This document shows, in pieces, positions 51,622-61,667 of a stretch of DNA of 64,000 nucleotides (position 1 is the stretch's first letter; the number at the start of each line of letters is the position of its first letter). The translations under genes were made by a program, and so were the position numbers. Below the pieces are notes generated by a model. The model saw only the letters and a list, made by a program, of their open reading frames with translations. It made no database searches and had not been told where the DNA came from. Origin of the DNA: Gammaproteobacteria bacterium (lineage in GTDB: Bacteria > Pseudomonadota > Gammaproteobacteria > Ga0077536); contig JBLFWZ010000001.1 in the NCBI GenBank assembly GCA_047611905.1, forward strand, positions 15,455-79,454, in the 5' to 3' direction.

Positions 51622-52203
51622 GTGCAGGTTTTTAGCATCGCGAGAAAAATACCGAGTCATCATGCGACACGACGACCCATGAATTCTACTTCCGATCCGA
51701 TTGTTTACCGCCAATGTCTTGATGATGACTTCGACTCCGTCTATTTCATCATTAACGAAGCCGCGAGCGCCTATCGCGGTTTGTTACCGAGCGAGCACTT
51801 AACCGACCCTTACATGTCACGTCAGGAGTTCCGTAGCGAAATCGCAGCGGGCGTGGAATTCTGGGGTTACGAAGTGCACGGCTCTTTACGTGGTGTGATG
51901 GGTATCCAGCGCTCGCAAGACGTCATGTTGATCCGGCATGCGTACACCCGATCGGAATTTCAGGGCCTCGGTATTGGTAGCGGACTGCTGAATTTTTTGT
52001 TGGCTAAAACACAGAGACCCGTACTGGTCGGGACCTGGTCCGCCTTGACCCGTTCGATAAACTTCTACGAACGTCACGGATTTGCATTGGTCGAGCGGAA
52101 CTCGATAAAACCGCTCCTGGAGAAATATTGGCAGGTACCAGCTTCGCAAATGGATAGCTCTGTCGTACTTGTAAATGTTCCGGTTGAGAAGCTCCGGCTT
52201 TAG
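51622..52203 (+). CDS. GNAT family N-acetyltransferase
   Basis: Acetyl-CoA motif QGLGIGSGLL; start (GTG 51622 or ATG 51679) uncertain. Confidence 0.65.
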   Translation: MQVFSIARKIPSHHATRRPMNSTSDPIVYRQCLDDDFDSVYFIINEAASAYRGLLPSEHLTDPYMSRQEFRSEIAAGVEFWGYEVHGSLRGVMGIQRSQDVMLIRHAYTRSEFQGLGIGSGLLNFLLAKTQRPVLVGTWSALTRSINFYERHGFALVERNSIKPLLEKYWQVPASQMDSSVVLVNVPVEKLRL

Positions 52204-52238
52204 CGTAGCGTTTACAAAACCAGTTTTCGATAACGAGA

Positions 52239-52868
52239 CTATTGTTCTCGCCAACTAGTGTCATCCTCGGTTTCAGTTTCTTCGTCGTCCCAGCTGTAGC
52301 GTTTTTCGATCGGCGGAGGATCTAAGTGTCGGCAGTAGATGGCCAGCAACACGCCCAAGCCCGCGCCACACAGATGCGTTTCAAACGAAATCGTCGGGTC
52401 GTGCGGGAACAGTCCCCAAATCATGCTGCCATAGAGGAAAAATACGATCATCGACAAGGCGATCGCTTGCCGATCCCAACGCAGCGCACCAATCGCGAAA
52501 ACGAAAAACATCATGCCGAAGCTTAAGCCGCTCGCTCCGTAATGCGACGTCTCGCGCGCAAACAGCCATACGCCGATCTCTGTCCCGAAATACAGCATCG
52601 GTAAAGCAATTTTTGCCGATCGAGGGTAACCGTAAAGTAGAGCCGTGCCGAGGACCACAATGGGTGGCGTGTTCGAAGCTAAGTGCGACCACGATCCATG
52701 AATTAACGGCGCAAATAAAATGCCGTCGAGTCCGTCGAACTGGCCGGGTGCAACGCCGAATCGACCGAGATCTAATCCAAAGGCGGCCTCGATCGCTTTG
52801 ATCAACCACAACAATACGGCAAACGAGACAGCCCTATGGAAAGCTGTACTGAGGTTCCGTTCGCGCAT
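52239..52868 (-). CDS. rhomboid family intramembrane serine protease
   Basis: Multi-TM; GASGLSFGMM (GxSG) and downstream His in TM helix; start uncertain (52868, 52910 or 52997). Confidence 0.65.
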   Translation of the reverse strand: MRERNLSTAFHRAVSFAVLLWLIKAIEAAFGLDLGRFGVAPGQFDGLDGILFAPLIHGSWSHLASNTPPIVVLGTALLYGYPRSAKIALPMLYFGTEIGVWLFARETSHYGASGLSFGMMFFVFAIGALRWDRQAIALSMIVFFLYGSMIWGLFPHDPTISFETHLCGAGLGVLLAIYCRHLDPPPIEKRYSWDDEETETEDDTSWREQ

Positions 52869-53293
52869 GGTTTGATCCGAATTTGAATAGCTCACGATGC
52901 TTACCAACATGGGGTTTGGACGTTTTATTTTCAAGCACCGACGAGGGAGCGGCGCTATCCATGGCCCATTGAGCGTTAATGGCACACTTTGCACCAAACT
53001 TAGCGGGATCTCCCGGGTCTTGGGTCCACCACTTGAAGCGCCCGTCTGCCAGGAGTCGTTTGTAAATGCAGGTGTGCCGCGCTAAGGCTCCCGTTGCATA
53101 CACTCATGGCCGAAACACAAACGACAACCGACGATTCGATCGAATTGACTATCTACGGTTTGCTAGGTTTCTACTTCAATTTATCCATCGTTCGGCGACA
53201 AACTAATAAATTTGCCAGTCGTGCACGCAGGCCAGCTTAGATAGGTTAAATTGGTCCCCTCCAGCGAAACTAACAACGACGGGAGGAGGGGAC

Positions 53294-54127
53294 GTGAAAC
53301 TAGGAATGAACATCCGCAATTGGGGTCCAACGGCAACGCCGGAATTTTTGCGCGCTTGCGCAGAAGCAGCGGACCGCTCGAATTTAGATGCCATTTGGTT
53401 TAACGATCATCTCGGCTTTCCACCCGTTATCGCAAACAACGAGTACGGCGTCTCCGTGGAGATGGGCGACATTGTGGACCCGCTGGCGTTCGGTGCATTT
53501 CTCGCCGCCTGTACTAAGCGCATTAATTTCGGTACGGGTGTATTGATTTTGCCGTACCGACCACAAATTTTGACCTCGAAACTCTTGTCCGCGATTCAAG
53601 TGTTGTCCGGCAACCGCTTTTTACTAGGTGTTGGTCCCGGTTATCTGGAAGAAGAGTTTCGCGCGCTTGGGGTGCCGCGAACGAAGCGCGGTCAACTAAC
53701 CGATTCAATGATCGATTTCTTGCACGAGTGCGCTAACTCCGAACTGATCGAGCAGCATGGCCAGCCAATTTTGTTAAAGCCGCGACTTAATTGCCCGCCT
53801 ATTTACATAGGCGGTAGTGCGGCCATCGCGATCCCGCGTGCCGTGCGTTGTGGCGATGGCTGGATGCCGGTCAGCGCGACGCCGGCCGAACTGGCACCAC
53901 AGATCGCCGAGATGCATCAACGTGCGGCCGACATCGGTCGTGATGGTCTGGAAGTTGTGGCAATGAAAACCTTACCGTTGGAAGACAAGGCAGCTGCCAT
54001 CGAGATGGCGCAAGGCTATCGAGACGCTGGGGTAACCCATCTAGTGCACACGCAAGGCTACGCCAGCTCGCAACAGTACGCGGACGTTGTCGAGCAGGTG
54101 GATGGCGAAATACGGAACGCACTGTAG
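53294..54127 (+). CDS. LLM-class flavin/F420-type luciferase-like oxidoreductase
   Basis: 277 aa; GTG start after GGGAGGAGGGGAC RBS; LLM TIM-barrel motifs. Confidence 0.8.
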   Translation: MKLGMNIRNWGPTATPEFLRACAEAADRSNLDAIWFNDHLGFPPVIANNEYGVSVEMGDIVDPLAFGAFLAACTKRINFGTGVLILPYRPQILTSKLLSAIQVLSGNRFLLGVGPGYLEEEFRALGVPRTKRGQLTDSMIDFLHECANSELIEQHGQPILLKPRLNCPPIYIGGSAAIAIPRAVRCGDGWMPVSATPAELAPQIAEMHQRAADIGRDGLEVVAMKTLPLEDKAAAIEMAQGYRDAGVTHLVHTQGYASSQQYADVVEQVDGEIRNAL

Positions 54128-54227
54128 GATTTCCGGTGCTAAGGATCAAGTTGAAGGATGTAGGCAAATTTTTCTGTGTGAGCAACGACAAGATCGCGCG
54201 ATGCTCACTAACTGCGGAGATTAGAAA

Positions 54228-55439
54228 ATGAATAAGCAAGAATTTTACGCGAACGCACGCAGCGATCTTAAAGGGCCGCTTGACGGTGTAGTCGTTGTTG
54301 AAGCGACCACGACTTGGGCTGGACCAATGGCCGCTTGCGTGCTGGCCGACTTCGGCGCAACGGTCATAAAAGTAGAGCACCCGGAAGGGGAGGTCGCACG
54401 CCGGCTACCGCCGTTTTTGCCAGACTCCGATCTGACGATATTCAATGAAACCGTCAATCGGAATAAGCAAAACCTATCTTTGGATTTGCGGAACGATCAA
54501 GGCCGTGAAATATTTCTCAAATTATGTGCTACCGCGGACATCGTTATCGAAAATTTCCGACCCGGTACGATGGCAAAATGGGGTGTTGGCTATGCAGACG
54601 TCTCGGCCGCCAAGCCCGACATCGTGTATATCTCGATCAGTGGATTCGGACAGTTTGGCGAATTGTCTGATCGGGTTGGTTACGATCCCCTCGCGCAGAA
54701 TTATTGTGGCTGGACGTCGATCAATGGCGAACCAGATGGTGCCTCGGTCAAAGCGCCAACGTTTTTGGGCGATGATCTGGGCGGGCTAAACGGGGCACTC
54801 AGTGCCATGGCTGCGTTGCGTCACCGTGACCAAACGGGCGAAGGCCAGCATGTCGATGTTGCGCTCGTTGATGGTTTAATTTTCCAAAGCAACGGTAATC
54901 TGACTGCCGGCGCGCTTGATATCCCTATTCCTCGGATGGGCAATCAATTTGCACTCGCCGCGCCCGTGAATCGCTTTGCCTGCACGGATGGAAACGTCTT
55001 CGCCGGCGTACTACTGGACAGCCATTGGAAATCGCTGTGTCAGTTATTAGAACGACCAGATTTATCCAGCTTATCCGGCGCCGATCGGATCACGCAGCGC
55101 GATCTTGTTAACGATCTGGTCGCCGTATGGTGCGCAAGTCGAACGACCACCGAGGTTGTAGATGCATTTGCAGAATTGAGTTTGCCCGCAACCCGGGTGA
55201 ATACCTTCGCCGAATGCGCAAAGCTCGACCACATTGCGTCGCGCGACATGCTCCAGGACACAAAGTTGGTCGACGGCACCACCGTTCCTTTGACCGGCCC
55301 AGCAGCAAAGTTTTCACGTACACCTACCCGGATCCGCGAGGCTGCGGCTGCGCTCGGTAGGGATAACGATGAGATCTTGCGCACTCTGGGATACGACGAG
55401 CAAGCGCGACAGCGTCTGCAGCGTGAAGGGATTATTTAG
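54228..55439 (+). CDS. CaiB/BaiF family III CoA-transferase
   Basis: 403 aa; N-terminal VVVVEATTTWAGPMAACVLADFGATVIKVE, catalytic Asp region; GGAG RBS. Confidence 0.85.
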   Translation: MNKQEFYANARSDLKGPLDGVVVVEATTTWAGPMAACVLADFGATVIKVEHPEGEVARRLPPFLPDSDLTIFNETVNRNKQNLSLDLRNDQGREIFLKLCATADIVIENFRPGTMAKWGVGYADVSAAKPDIVYISISGFGQFGELSDRVGYDPLAQNYCGWTSINGEPDGASVKAPTFLGDDLGGLNGALSAMAALRHRDQTGEGQHVDVALVDGLIFQSNGNLTAGALDIPIPRMGNQFALAAPVNRFACTDGNVFAGVLLDSHWKSLCQLLERPDLSSLSGADRITQRDLVNDLVAVWCASRTTTEVVDAFAELSLPATRVNTFAECAKLDHIASRDMLQDTKLVDGTTVPLTGPAAKFSRTPTRIREAAAALGRDNDEILRTLGYDEQARQRLQREGII

Positions 55440-55454
55440 CGCACGTCGAAATTC

Positions 55455-55739
55455 GTGACCGTTGGCACCGACAGCAAAGCGTGGACCGTCTACATGGTGC
55501 GTTGCGCCGATGAGTCGCTATACACCGGAGTGACCACCGAGCTCGAGCAGCGCGTTGCTAAGCACAACGCCGGCAAAGGCGCTAAATACACGCGCTCACG
55601 TCGCCCTGTCGTTGTCATATATACGGAACCGGCAGTGGATCGAAGCGCGGCGTTACGTCGCGAGCGTGCAATTAAGCGCATGTCGGCCGCCTCCAAGCGG
55701 CGCCTAGCTGGGATCACGATTAGCGTGCAAACGCAGTGA
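55455..55739 (+). CDS. GIY-YIG nuclease superfamily small protein (UPF0213-like)
   Basis: 94 aa; VYMVRCADESLYTGVT...ELEQRVAKHNAGKGAKYTRSRRPVVVIY matches GIY-YIG core. Confidence 0.75.
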   Translation: MTVGTDSKAWTVYMVRCADESLYTGVTTELEQRVAKHNAGKGAKYTRSRRPVVVIYTEPAVDRSAALRRERAIKRMSAASKRRLAGITISVQTQ

Positions 55740-55807
55740 TTTGAGCTGATGCGGTCGCAATTATTTGCTGGTTCGTAGGATGACAATCGTTCGGCTGTGG
55801 GTATGCC

Positions 55808-56290
55808 CTATTTGGATTGACGAGATTGTTGCTGCGCACGGCATATCGTTAACGCGGCTGTTGTAGCTTGCCCAAGACGCTTGAAATCACCTAATTGCAA
55901 CGCCGTAATGGGCTGCGCATCCTTTGGTCGACAAGCCAGTAGTATCGCGAACGCGTTGCCCGCGACGTGCACGGAGTAGAACAAGCCTTCATCATCTCCT
56001 AGTAGCTTTCGAGGCAGGCCTTCTAAGCCGCTCGTGCGATCGTTGGACCGCCAATGAACCACTGATGGTACTTCCAAGAGACGTTGCAGCAAGGGGTTGC
56101 TGGCCGCGGAGATCGCAGACTGCATCGCCGACTCGGGCAATTTCAGGCCACGATGCAATCGCGCGCTCAAGATGCCTTTCGATTTGTCATAGATGAGCAA
56201 GACCGCGAGTTTTACGTTCACATCATCGCAGATTGCTTGCAGTATGGACGGCAAGAGTTTTGCCGCCAGGCTGACCCTGGTTGGCCGCAT
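55808..56290 (-). CDS. hypothetical protein
   Basis: 160 aa ORF downstream of HDOD-like gene on same strand; no recognisable motif. Confidence 0.35.
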   Translation of the reverse strand: MRPTRVSLAAKLLPSILQAICDDVNVKLAVLLIYDKSKGILSARLHRGLKLPESAMQSAISAASNPLLQRLLEVPSVVHWRSNDRTSGLEGLPRKLLGDDEGLFYSVHVAGNAFAILLACRPKDAQPITALQLGDFKRLGQATTAALTICRAQQQSRQSK

Positions 56291-56357
56291 CCGCGAGCCG
56301 CTTGAGCAATCTCGTCCAGAGTCACGATTTCAGCAGCGGCTTGCGAATTATTTTTGT

Positions 56358-57272
56358 TTACCGCAGGCGGTCTCGTTTCGCACTCGCGGTTACCGGACTA
56401 GGTTTTTCGACCATCGGTGCTTGTTTCGTCTGGTTCTGTTTCCGACTCGGACTGTTGGCGACGCGCTGTTTGCCGCCGGGCATCGTCGGGAGCCCAAGTG
56501 CCATCAAATGGGGGATAGGTGCATAGCTCCCGAAATGCACGCCCATGCGCGCGGCGTCAATCGTGGTGCGCAGCATCGAGGATGCGACGTTGTCCGGGTC
56601 GCGGCGGATCAGTTCACCGACTCGTGCAAAAATCGCATTGAGGCTCGCATCGTTCCAACTGCTATCGGTCGCTGCTGCATAGTCGCAAGCCACCTCGACA
56701 CAGGTTCGGAAAACTGGACTAACAGCCGGATCGTCGGCGGTTCCTGGCAAGAGTTTACGCACCTCGGTGGCCGCAGAGGGCTTACCTTGATGCTGGTTGA
56801 ATGCGTCCATGTAGGCCAGCGCTTGCGTTGTTAAGGTCGTCGCGACAATTTCGTCGCAATTAACCCCACCGACCAATCGACCCATGGCAAAGCCTTGCCG
56901 CGATGCGTGGTGAGCGCTTGCTAACATTTGAATCATCGGCCCACAATCTTGCGGTTCTATCACATCTTCGAGGGCAATAGATGTTTCAACGTCGGTAATA
57001 AAGTCTTGGATGCCGAGAAATAAAATTGCGCGCGAAACGTCAGGAACAACGTCATGGCCGGCGCGTTTAAGCATTGAATTGACGCGCGCAAACAAATTCA
57101 GCGTAACCGCGGGATCGGCCTCAGCGGCTTCCTTTAAGTGGACAATCGACGTTGACGGCCGCCGCGCTAAATCTCTAATTAATTGCTTGCTAATACGGAG
57201 TATAGGCGTGTGCAACGAGCGATCGTCGCCAACCGGCGATGCAGACGGTGTGGCCCGCGCGGCTGAGGTCAT
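56358..57272 (-). CDS. HDOD-like domain protein (putative signalling)
   Basis: 304 aa; segment LKEAAEADPAVTLNLFARVNSMLKRAGHDVVPDVSRAILFLGIQ resembles HDOD core; no convincing RBS at the annotated start. Confidence 0.4.
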   Translation of the reverse strand: MTSAARATPSASPVGDDRSLHTPILRISKQLIRDLARRPSTSIVHLKEAAEADPAVTLNLFARVNSMLKRAGHDVVPDVSRAILFLGIQDFITDVETSIALEDVIEPQDCGPMIQMLASAHHASRQGFAMGRLVGGVNCDEIVATTLTTQALAYMDAFNQHQGKPSAATEVRKLLPGTADDPAVSPVFRTCVEVACDYAAATDSSWNDASLNAIFARVGELIRRDPDNVASSMLRTTIDAARMGVHFGSYAPIPHLMALGLPTMPGGKQRVANSPSRKQNQTKQAPMVEKPSPVTASAKRDRLR

Positions 57273-57389
57273 AAATGAAGTCCAGTGAAGTTTGTTCGAA
57301 CTGTTAATCGGCCGAAACCGCGGGGCCTTGAACGCTTGGCTGAGTGGGGCTGTTAATCCGGTCCTGGTATCTTCGCTGCTACGTTTTTG

Positions 57390-57998
57390 TCAGGTTGGGG
57401 AATGCTGGTTCCGAGACAAGGCGAATTGCAGGGACTGGCGGACCGCAGGCCACTCGACCGCGATGATCGAAAACACCACCGTATCCCTAAAAGTACCGTC
57501 AATACCGCGTTGATGATGCCGCAACACGCCATCTTGTTTGGCACCGAGTCGCGCAATGGCTTTGCGCGACGCTTGGTTGTGCCAATGGGTGCGAAACTCC
57601 ACAGCGATCGCATCCAACTGGTCAAACGCGTGCTGCAATAGAAGCAGTTTACTTTCGCTGTTGACGGCCGTGCGTTGCGCACGCTTCGCATACCAAGTGT
57701 GGCCTATCTCCAGGCGCCGATTCGGTTCATCGACGTTGAAAAAGCGGGTGCAGCCGACGATATCAAGGGAGCGCCGATCTCTAACCACGAATGGCATGGC
57801 GCCGTTATGCTCGCGCATGTTGAGCGCGACCGATAGGTAGTCGTCGACTGCGTGTGGGGCTGGTATTGCCGTATACCACAAATGCCACAGTTCACCGTCG
57901 CGCACTGCCTCGGCGAGGCCCGCTGCATGTTCGGGTGACAGCGGCTCCAGCAAGACATGAGTGCCGGTTAGGACAACAGGCTCGATCCACCGTGACAT
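57390..57998 (-). CDS. GNAT family N-acetyltransferase (RimJ/RimL-like)
   Basis: 202 aa; acetyltransferase_3 pattern with conserved ...HWHNQASRKAIARLGAKQDG. Confidence 0.75.
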   Translation of the reverse strand: MSRWIEPVVLTGTHVLLEPLSPEHAAGLAEAVRDGELWHLWYTAIPAPHAVDDYLSVALNMREHNGAMPFVVRDRRSLDIVGCTRFFNVDEPNRRLEIGHTWYAKRAQRTAVNSESKLLLLQHAFDQLDAIAVEFRTHWHNQASRKAIARLGAKQDGVLRHHQRGIDGTFRDTVVFSIIAVEWPAVRQSLQFALSRNQHSPT

Positions 57999-58018
57999 CG
58001 ATTGTGTGCGCCTCAGAG

Positions 58019-58282
58019 TTATCGCTTTTTAGTTAATTCTGCGAGCTTAGCTTGGAGTCCCTCATGCGACGGATTTAACTCCAAACCGTGCTCGATCAAA
58101 TCAATCGCGGATTGTGTGCGACCATATTTCATGTAGATATTGGCCGCCGTCAGAATTTCGTCTGGTTCGGTAAAATTCGTCTCGACTCTGCGTCGCGAAA
58201 AATAGTTGCTGAGCCCGTAGGTGGCGCCAAGCACCACCGCGACTAGTACACCGATGGCAATCAACTCGATCCCGTTTGTCAT
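58019..58282 (-). CDS. small membrane-anchored protein with TPR-like tail
   Basis: ATG 58282 with GGAGTAGAG RBS; one TM helix (IELIAIGVLVAVVLGA) then helical soluble domain. Confidence 0.45.
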   Translation of the reverse strand: MTNGIELIAIGVLVAVVLGATYGLSNYFSRRRVETNFTEPDEILTAANIYMKYGRTQSAIDLIEHGLELNPSHEGLQAKLAELTKKR

Positions 58283-58405
58283 AATCTCTACTCCACACTT
58301 AATCGAATTGCATGTTCTCGGGTAGCATATTACCAATCGGCTATGAATCGCGTAACCTCGCTGATTAGGCCAACGTGCATTTGCGAATATTCAAGGGGGT
58401 TCCAC

Positions 58406-58858
58406 ATGATTAACATCAACGGCGTCGCGCATACGAACATCGCGGTCAGCAATTGGGGGTCGTGTCTCGATTTCTATAAGCAATTGTTGCCGTTCCTGGG
58501 GATGACGAAAGTATTCGAAGGTGAGGATTTCATTTACCACGTGGGTGGACGGACGGGATTTGGCGTAGGTCGTTGCGATCCGCAATTTGAGAATCAGCGA
58601 TTTGTACAAAATAGCATTGGACTACATCACCATTGCTTTCGCGCCCGAAGTCGTGAGGATGTGGATCAGGTGCATCAATTATTGGCGGATATGGGCGCCG
58701 AAATTGTACATTCGCCGGAATCGGGCGGTTGGGCACCTGGGTACTATTCGGTTTTGTTCGAGGATCCGGCCGGCACTCGATTGGAAGTAAATTTTGTGCC
58801 TGGCCACGGTGTTTTGGCGGACGGAGCCGGGTTTAACCCGTCCGGGGACTACGAATAA
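58406..58858 (+). CDS. VOC (glyoxalase/bleomycin-resistance/dioxygenase) family protein
   Basis: ATG 58406 (MININGVAHTNIAV) with AAGGGGG RBS; paired beta-alpha-beta-beta-beta VOC modules. Confidence 0.75.
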   Translation: MININGVAHTNIAVSNWGSCLDFYKQLLPFLGMTKVFEGEDFIYHVGGRTGFGVGRCDPQFENQRFVQNSIGLHHHCFRARSREDVDQVHQLLADMGAEIVHSPESGGWAPGYYSVLFEDPAGTRLEVNFVPGHGVLADGAGFNPSGDYE

Positions 58859-58900
58859 TGCCAGCCGGGCGATCGCGCGGTCGACCATGGAAATTATGAT

Positions 58901-59287
58901 ATGACCCAGCATTCGGCTGAGTTTGGGCAAACGCGCTACGTGAGTTTGGAGACCTTTCGGCGATCCGGCGTAGCCGTAGCCACGCCAGTTTGGATCGCGC
59001 AGAGCGGTAACCGTTTTTATGTTTTCAGCGATGGCAAAGCCGGCAAAGTAAAGCGACTTAAGCACAACTCGAAAATTCGCCTCGCGGTGTGCGATTTGCG
59101 CGGCAAGGTCTCCGCCCCCTGGGTTGACGGCACGGCGCGAGTTATCAACGAAGCCCTCGCTATCGCAGATGCGAATCGCGCACTGCGTTCGAAATACGGT
59201 TGGCAGATGAAGTTCGGCGACTTCTTTTCGAAGCTGAGCGGTCGCTACACGCGCCGCGCGATGCTCGAGATTCATTTGGCATCATAA
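58901..59287 (+). CDS. PPOX-class (pyridoxamine 5'-phosphate oxidase-like / F420-dependent-type) split-barrel protein
   Basis: 128 aa; pattern ..YVSLETFRRSGVAVATPVWIA..GNRFYVFSD..K..NL..NP resembles PPOX class FMN/F420 binding proteins. Confidence 0.6.
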   Translation: MTQHSAEFGQTRYVSLETFRRSGVAVATPVWIAQSGNRFYVFSDGKAGKVKRLKHNSKIRLAVCDLRGKVSAPWVDGTARVINEALAIADANRALRSKYGWQMKFGDFFSKLSGRYTRRAMLEIHLAS

Positions 59288-59363
59288 ATCCGACTGGATT
59301 CAGATATCATGTTGGCCGAACAAGGAACAAAGCATTCATCGAAATCGAGGCGAAGTATCTAAC

Positions 59364-60854
59364 ATGAGCGAATCGCAAGAAAACGCCAATGACAACGGCA
59401 ATCAAGGGCCGATAGATATCAAGGCACTGCACCACAATTCATTTAAAACCATGATGAATGACGTCGTCGATGCGGGAAGTTGCTGCGAATGCGGCAGCTG
59501 CGTGCTCGTTTGCCCGCACAATGTGATCAAATATATCGACGGCAAGCCGAAGCAGACCGCGAAAGAAAGTGCCGCGTTCGATTTTTGCGGAATCAGCGAA
59601 GGTGTTGGTTGCGACGTCTGTGCAACGGTCTGTCCACGGCTATGGCCGCGCGAAACCCATTTGCACGATGCCATATTTGCCGATGAGCGACCCTACCAGG
59701 ATATTTTCGGAGTCTACCGCCATATCTTCGTGGCGCGCACTAAACGTCTCGAACTGATGGAACGCGCGCAAGACGGCGGCGTCGTCACAGCGTTGCTCTC
59801 GTGGGCGAAAGCGAACGGCGTGATCGACGGGGCTGTGGTGTCGGCAGTTGGGGAAGAAGACAAGCCGTGTTTCCCAACACCGAAAGTTGTTACCACAGAG
59901 GAAGAGATAAAGGCGAGCGCTAGCAGTTGGTATACGTATTGCGAAAATAATATGGCGTTACAAGAAGTTAAAGAGCGAGATTTGAAAAACGTCGCGTTCG
60001 TCGGTGTGCCTTGTCAGATCACGCCGCTGAGGAAAATGGCTGCAATGGATCCCGGATTTCTTGTAACTGAGAAAAAGCGTCCCAAGCCACTCACCCGACA
60101 GCGCGAGTTTCTGCGCGGTTATTCGGACCGAGTGGGTTTTAGCGTCGGACTGTTCTGTACGGAGGTTTTCTCGCCCGCACTGATGACGGACAAAATCGAA
60201 AAGCAAATGAATATTCCACTAACCGAGGTGACGAAATTTAACGTCAAAGGTGAAGTGCTCATTTACAAACGGGACAAAACAATCGCGACGATTCCGCTGC
60301 AAGAAGCGATGGACGAATACCAACGCCCGGAATGCCGTCATTGTGGAGATTTTTCTGCCGAGATGGCGGATATCGCCTGCGGCGGCGTTGGCACGGACGC
60401 CGCAACTATTGTTGTTATCCGCACGCTCAAAGGGGCCGAGATTTGGAAGCAATTTGAAAACAGCGGCGATGTGGAAGTGATGCCAATCAACGAGAACAAG
60501 CGCGCCTGGAATATATTGCAACGCCTGGCTCGCCGGCAACGCGAGCGCATTCCCGTGGGCGCAGTGCGCAGCGGTACAGCGGAGAATTTACCGCAGTATT
60601 CGACTAAACAGGCGGCGGATTTAAACGCCGAGAAATTAAGCTCAACGAAGCTAGAGGCAGCAGCCCTAGCTGAAGTGACGGCGACAGCGTACGGCACGGC
60701 AGCGCGACCGCAAGAAACGGTCGCCTACATGGCCGGCAATCCCATTCCGGGCGATCCCGGCGCGCCGGCCGAAGGTGGAAAGCGAAAACTACCGCCGCCG
60801 CCTAGTCCCGCCGAGGGCGGCGCATCACCTTGTTGGTCACCAAGCCAAGCGTAG
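59364..60854 (+). CDS. FrhB/FdhB-family (coenzyme F420 hydrogenase/dehydrogenase beta-like) Fe-S flavoprotein
   Basis: 496 aa; two ferredoxin-type clusters (CCECGSCVLVCP, CDVCATVCP), FrhB_N/FrhB_C-like core, C-terminal Cys cluster (CRHCGDF..CGG), Pro/Gly/Ala-rich low-complexity tail. Confidence 0.7.
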   Translation: MSESQENANDNGNQGPIDIKALHHNSFKTMMNDVVDAGSCCECGSCVLVCPHNVIKYIDGKPKQTAKESAAFDFCGISEGVGCDVCATVCPRLWPRETHLHDAIFADERPYQDIFGVYRHIFVARTKRLELMERAQDGGVVTALLSWAKANGVIDGAVVSAVGEEDKPCFPTPKVVTTEEEIKASASSWYTYCENNMALQEVKERDLKNVAFVGVPCQITPLRKMAAMDPGFLVTEKKRPKPLTRQREFLRGYSDRVGFSVGLFCTEVFSPALMTDKIEKQMNIPLTEVTKFNVKGEVLIYKRDKTIATIPLQEAMDEYQRPECRHCGDFSAEMADIACGGVGTDAATIVVIRTLKGAEIWKQFENSGDVEVMPINENKRAWNILQRLARRQRERIPVGAVRSGTAENLPQYSTKQAADLNAEKLSSTKLEAAALAEVTATAYGTAARPQETVAYMAGNPIPGDPGAPAEGGKRKLPPPPSPAEGGASPCWSPSQA

Positions 60855-60996
60855 TGCAAGGGGGCTCACGGCAGCGCCCCAGGGCCAACCGCGATTGTCA
60901 GGTTTCGAATATGCTGCCGCTAAGAACGACTCAGTGTTTGGCAACACATAGGCGCAGGTGGCATAAGAATTATCATTGCATTGACAGGAGTAACAC

Positions 60997-61335
60997 ATGA
61001 ACAAAGCGACCAACCGACGTAAATTTCTATTCCGAACAAGTTCTACAGGCGTGGCCGTTCTGGCCGCACAAGTCCTGCCGATCAGTATGGTCAGTGCCGC
61101 AGACGTACCGGCTGTTGATCCCGCCGGACCCCAAGCGATGGCATTAGGCTACGTTACGGATGCCGCTAACACGGACACAGAAAAATTCGCGCGCTTCCGG
61201 CCGGACCAAACCTGTGCCAACTGCCAGCTCTATCAAGGTGTGGACGGCGCAAGCCTGGGTCCGTGTTTGTTGTTCTCAGGCCGATCAGTAACGGCGGCGG
61301 GATGGTGCAATGCATGGGCACAGAAAGCTGGCTAG
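60997..61335 (+). CDS. high-potential iron-sulfur protein (HiPIP), Tat-secreted
   Basis: Twin-arginine signal NRRKFLF; HiPIP Cys pattern C.NC..Y....C..F.G..V...GWC..W; CAGGAG RBS. Confidence 0.85.
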   Translation: MNKATNRRKFLFRTSSTGVAVLAAQVLPISMVSAADVPAVDPAGPQAMALGYVTDAANTDTEKFARFRPDQTCANCQLYQGVDGASLGPCLLFSGRSVTAAGWCNAWAQKAG

Positions 61336-61447
61336 CGAGTTTCTGCCGAGGCAGTGCGGCGCGTTTTCGTTCTATCGCTTCGGAACAAGTATGCGATTCG
61401 GTTGTTAAACCGTTCGATCCGTTTAATTCGAGAAAAAGGAAAACGAG

Positions 61448-61636
61448 ATGAGCCGATTTTTGTTGATTATTTTGAGCGTAGTATTAGTAAGCGCCTGCAG
61501 CAAAGAGCAAGGTGGCGTAACCGGAAGCGAGCCGAAAGAAATGTTGACGGATGTCCAAAAGCAGTTGGATCAGGCGGCGGCAACGGCTGAGAAACGTTTA
61601 GAAGACGGCATGAAAAAGATCGACGGCGATCATTGA
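61448..61636 (+). CDS. small lipoprotein (62 aa)
   Basis: Signal peptide with lipobox LVSAC; AAAAGGAAA RBS. Confidence 0.5.
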   Translation: MSRFLLIILSVVLVSACSKEQGGVTGSEPKEMLTDVQKQLDQAAATAEKRLEDGMKKIDGDH

Positions 61637-61667
61637 GGAGTGCCTTTTATCTCGTGATGGCTCGCAA

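Noticed and set aside
59364-61335. Calling the FrhB-like/HiPIP pair a hydrogenase or F420 system
   Set aside because: No hydrogenase large or small subunit genes or F420 biosynthesis genes are in the window. FrhB-family proteins also occur as FAD/Fe-S subunits of unrelated enzymes. This is kept only as a hypothesis in the findings.
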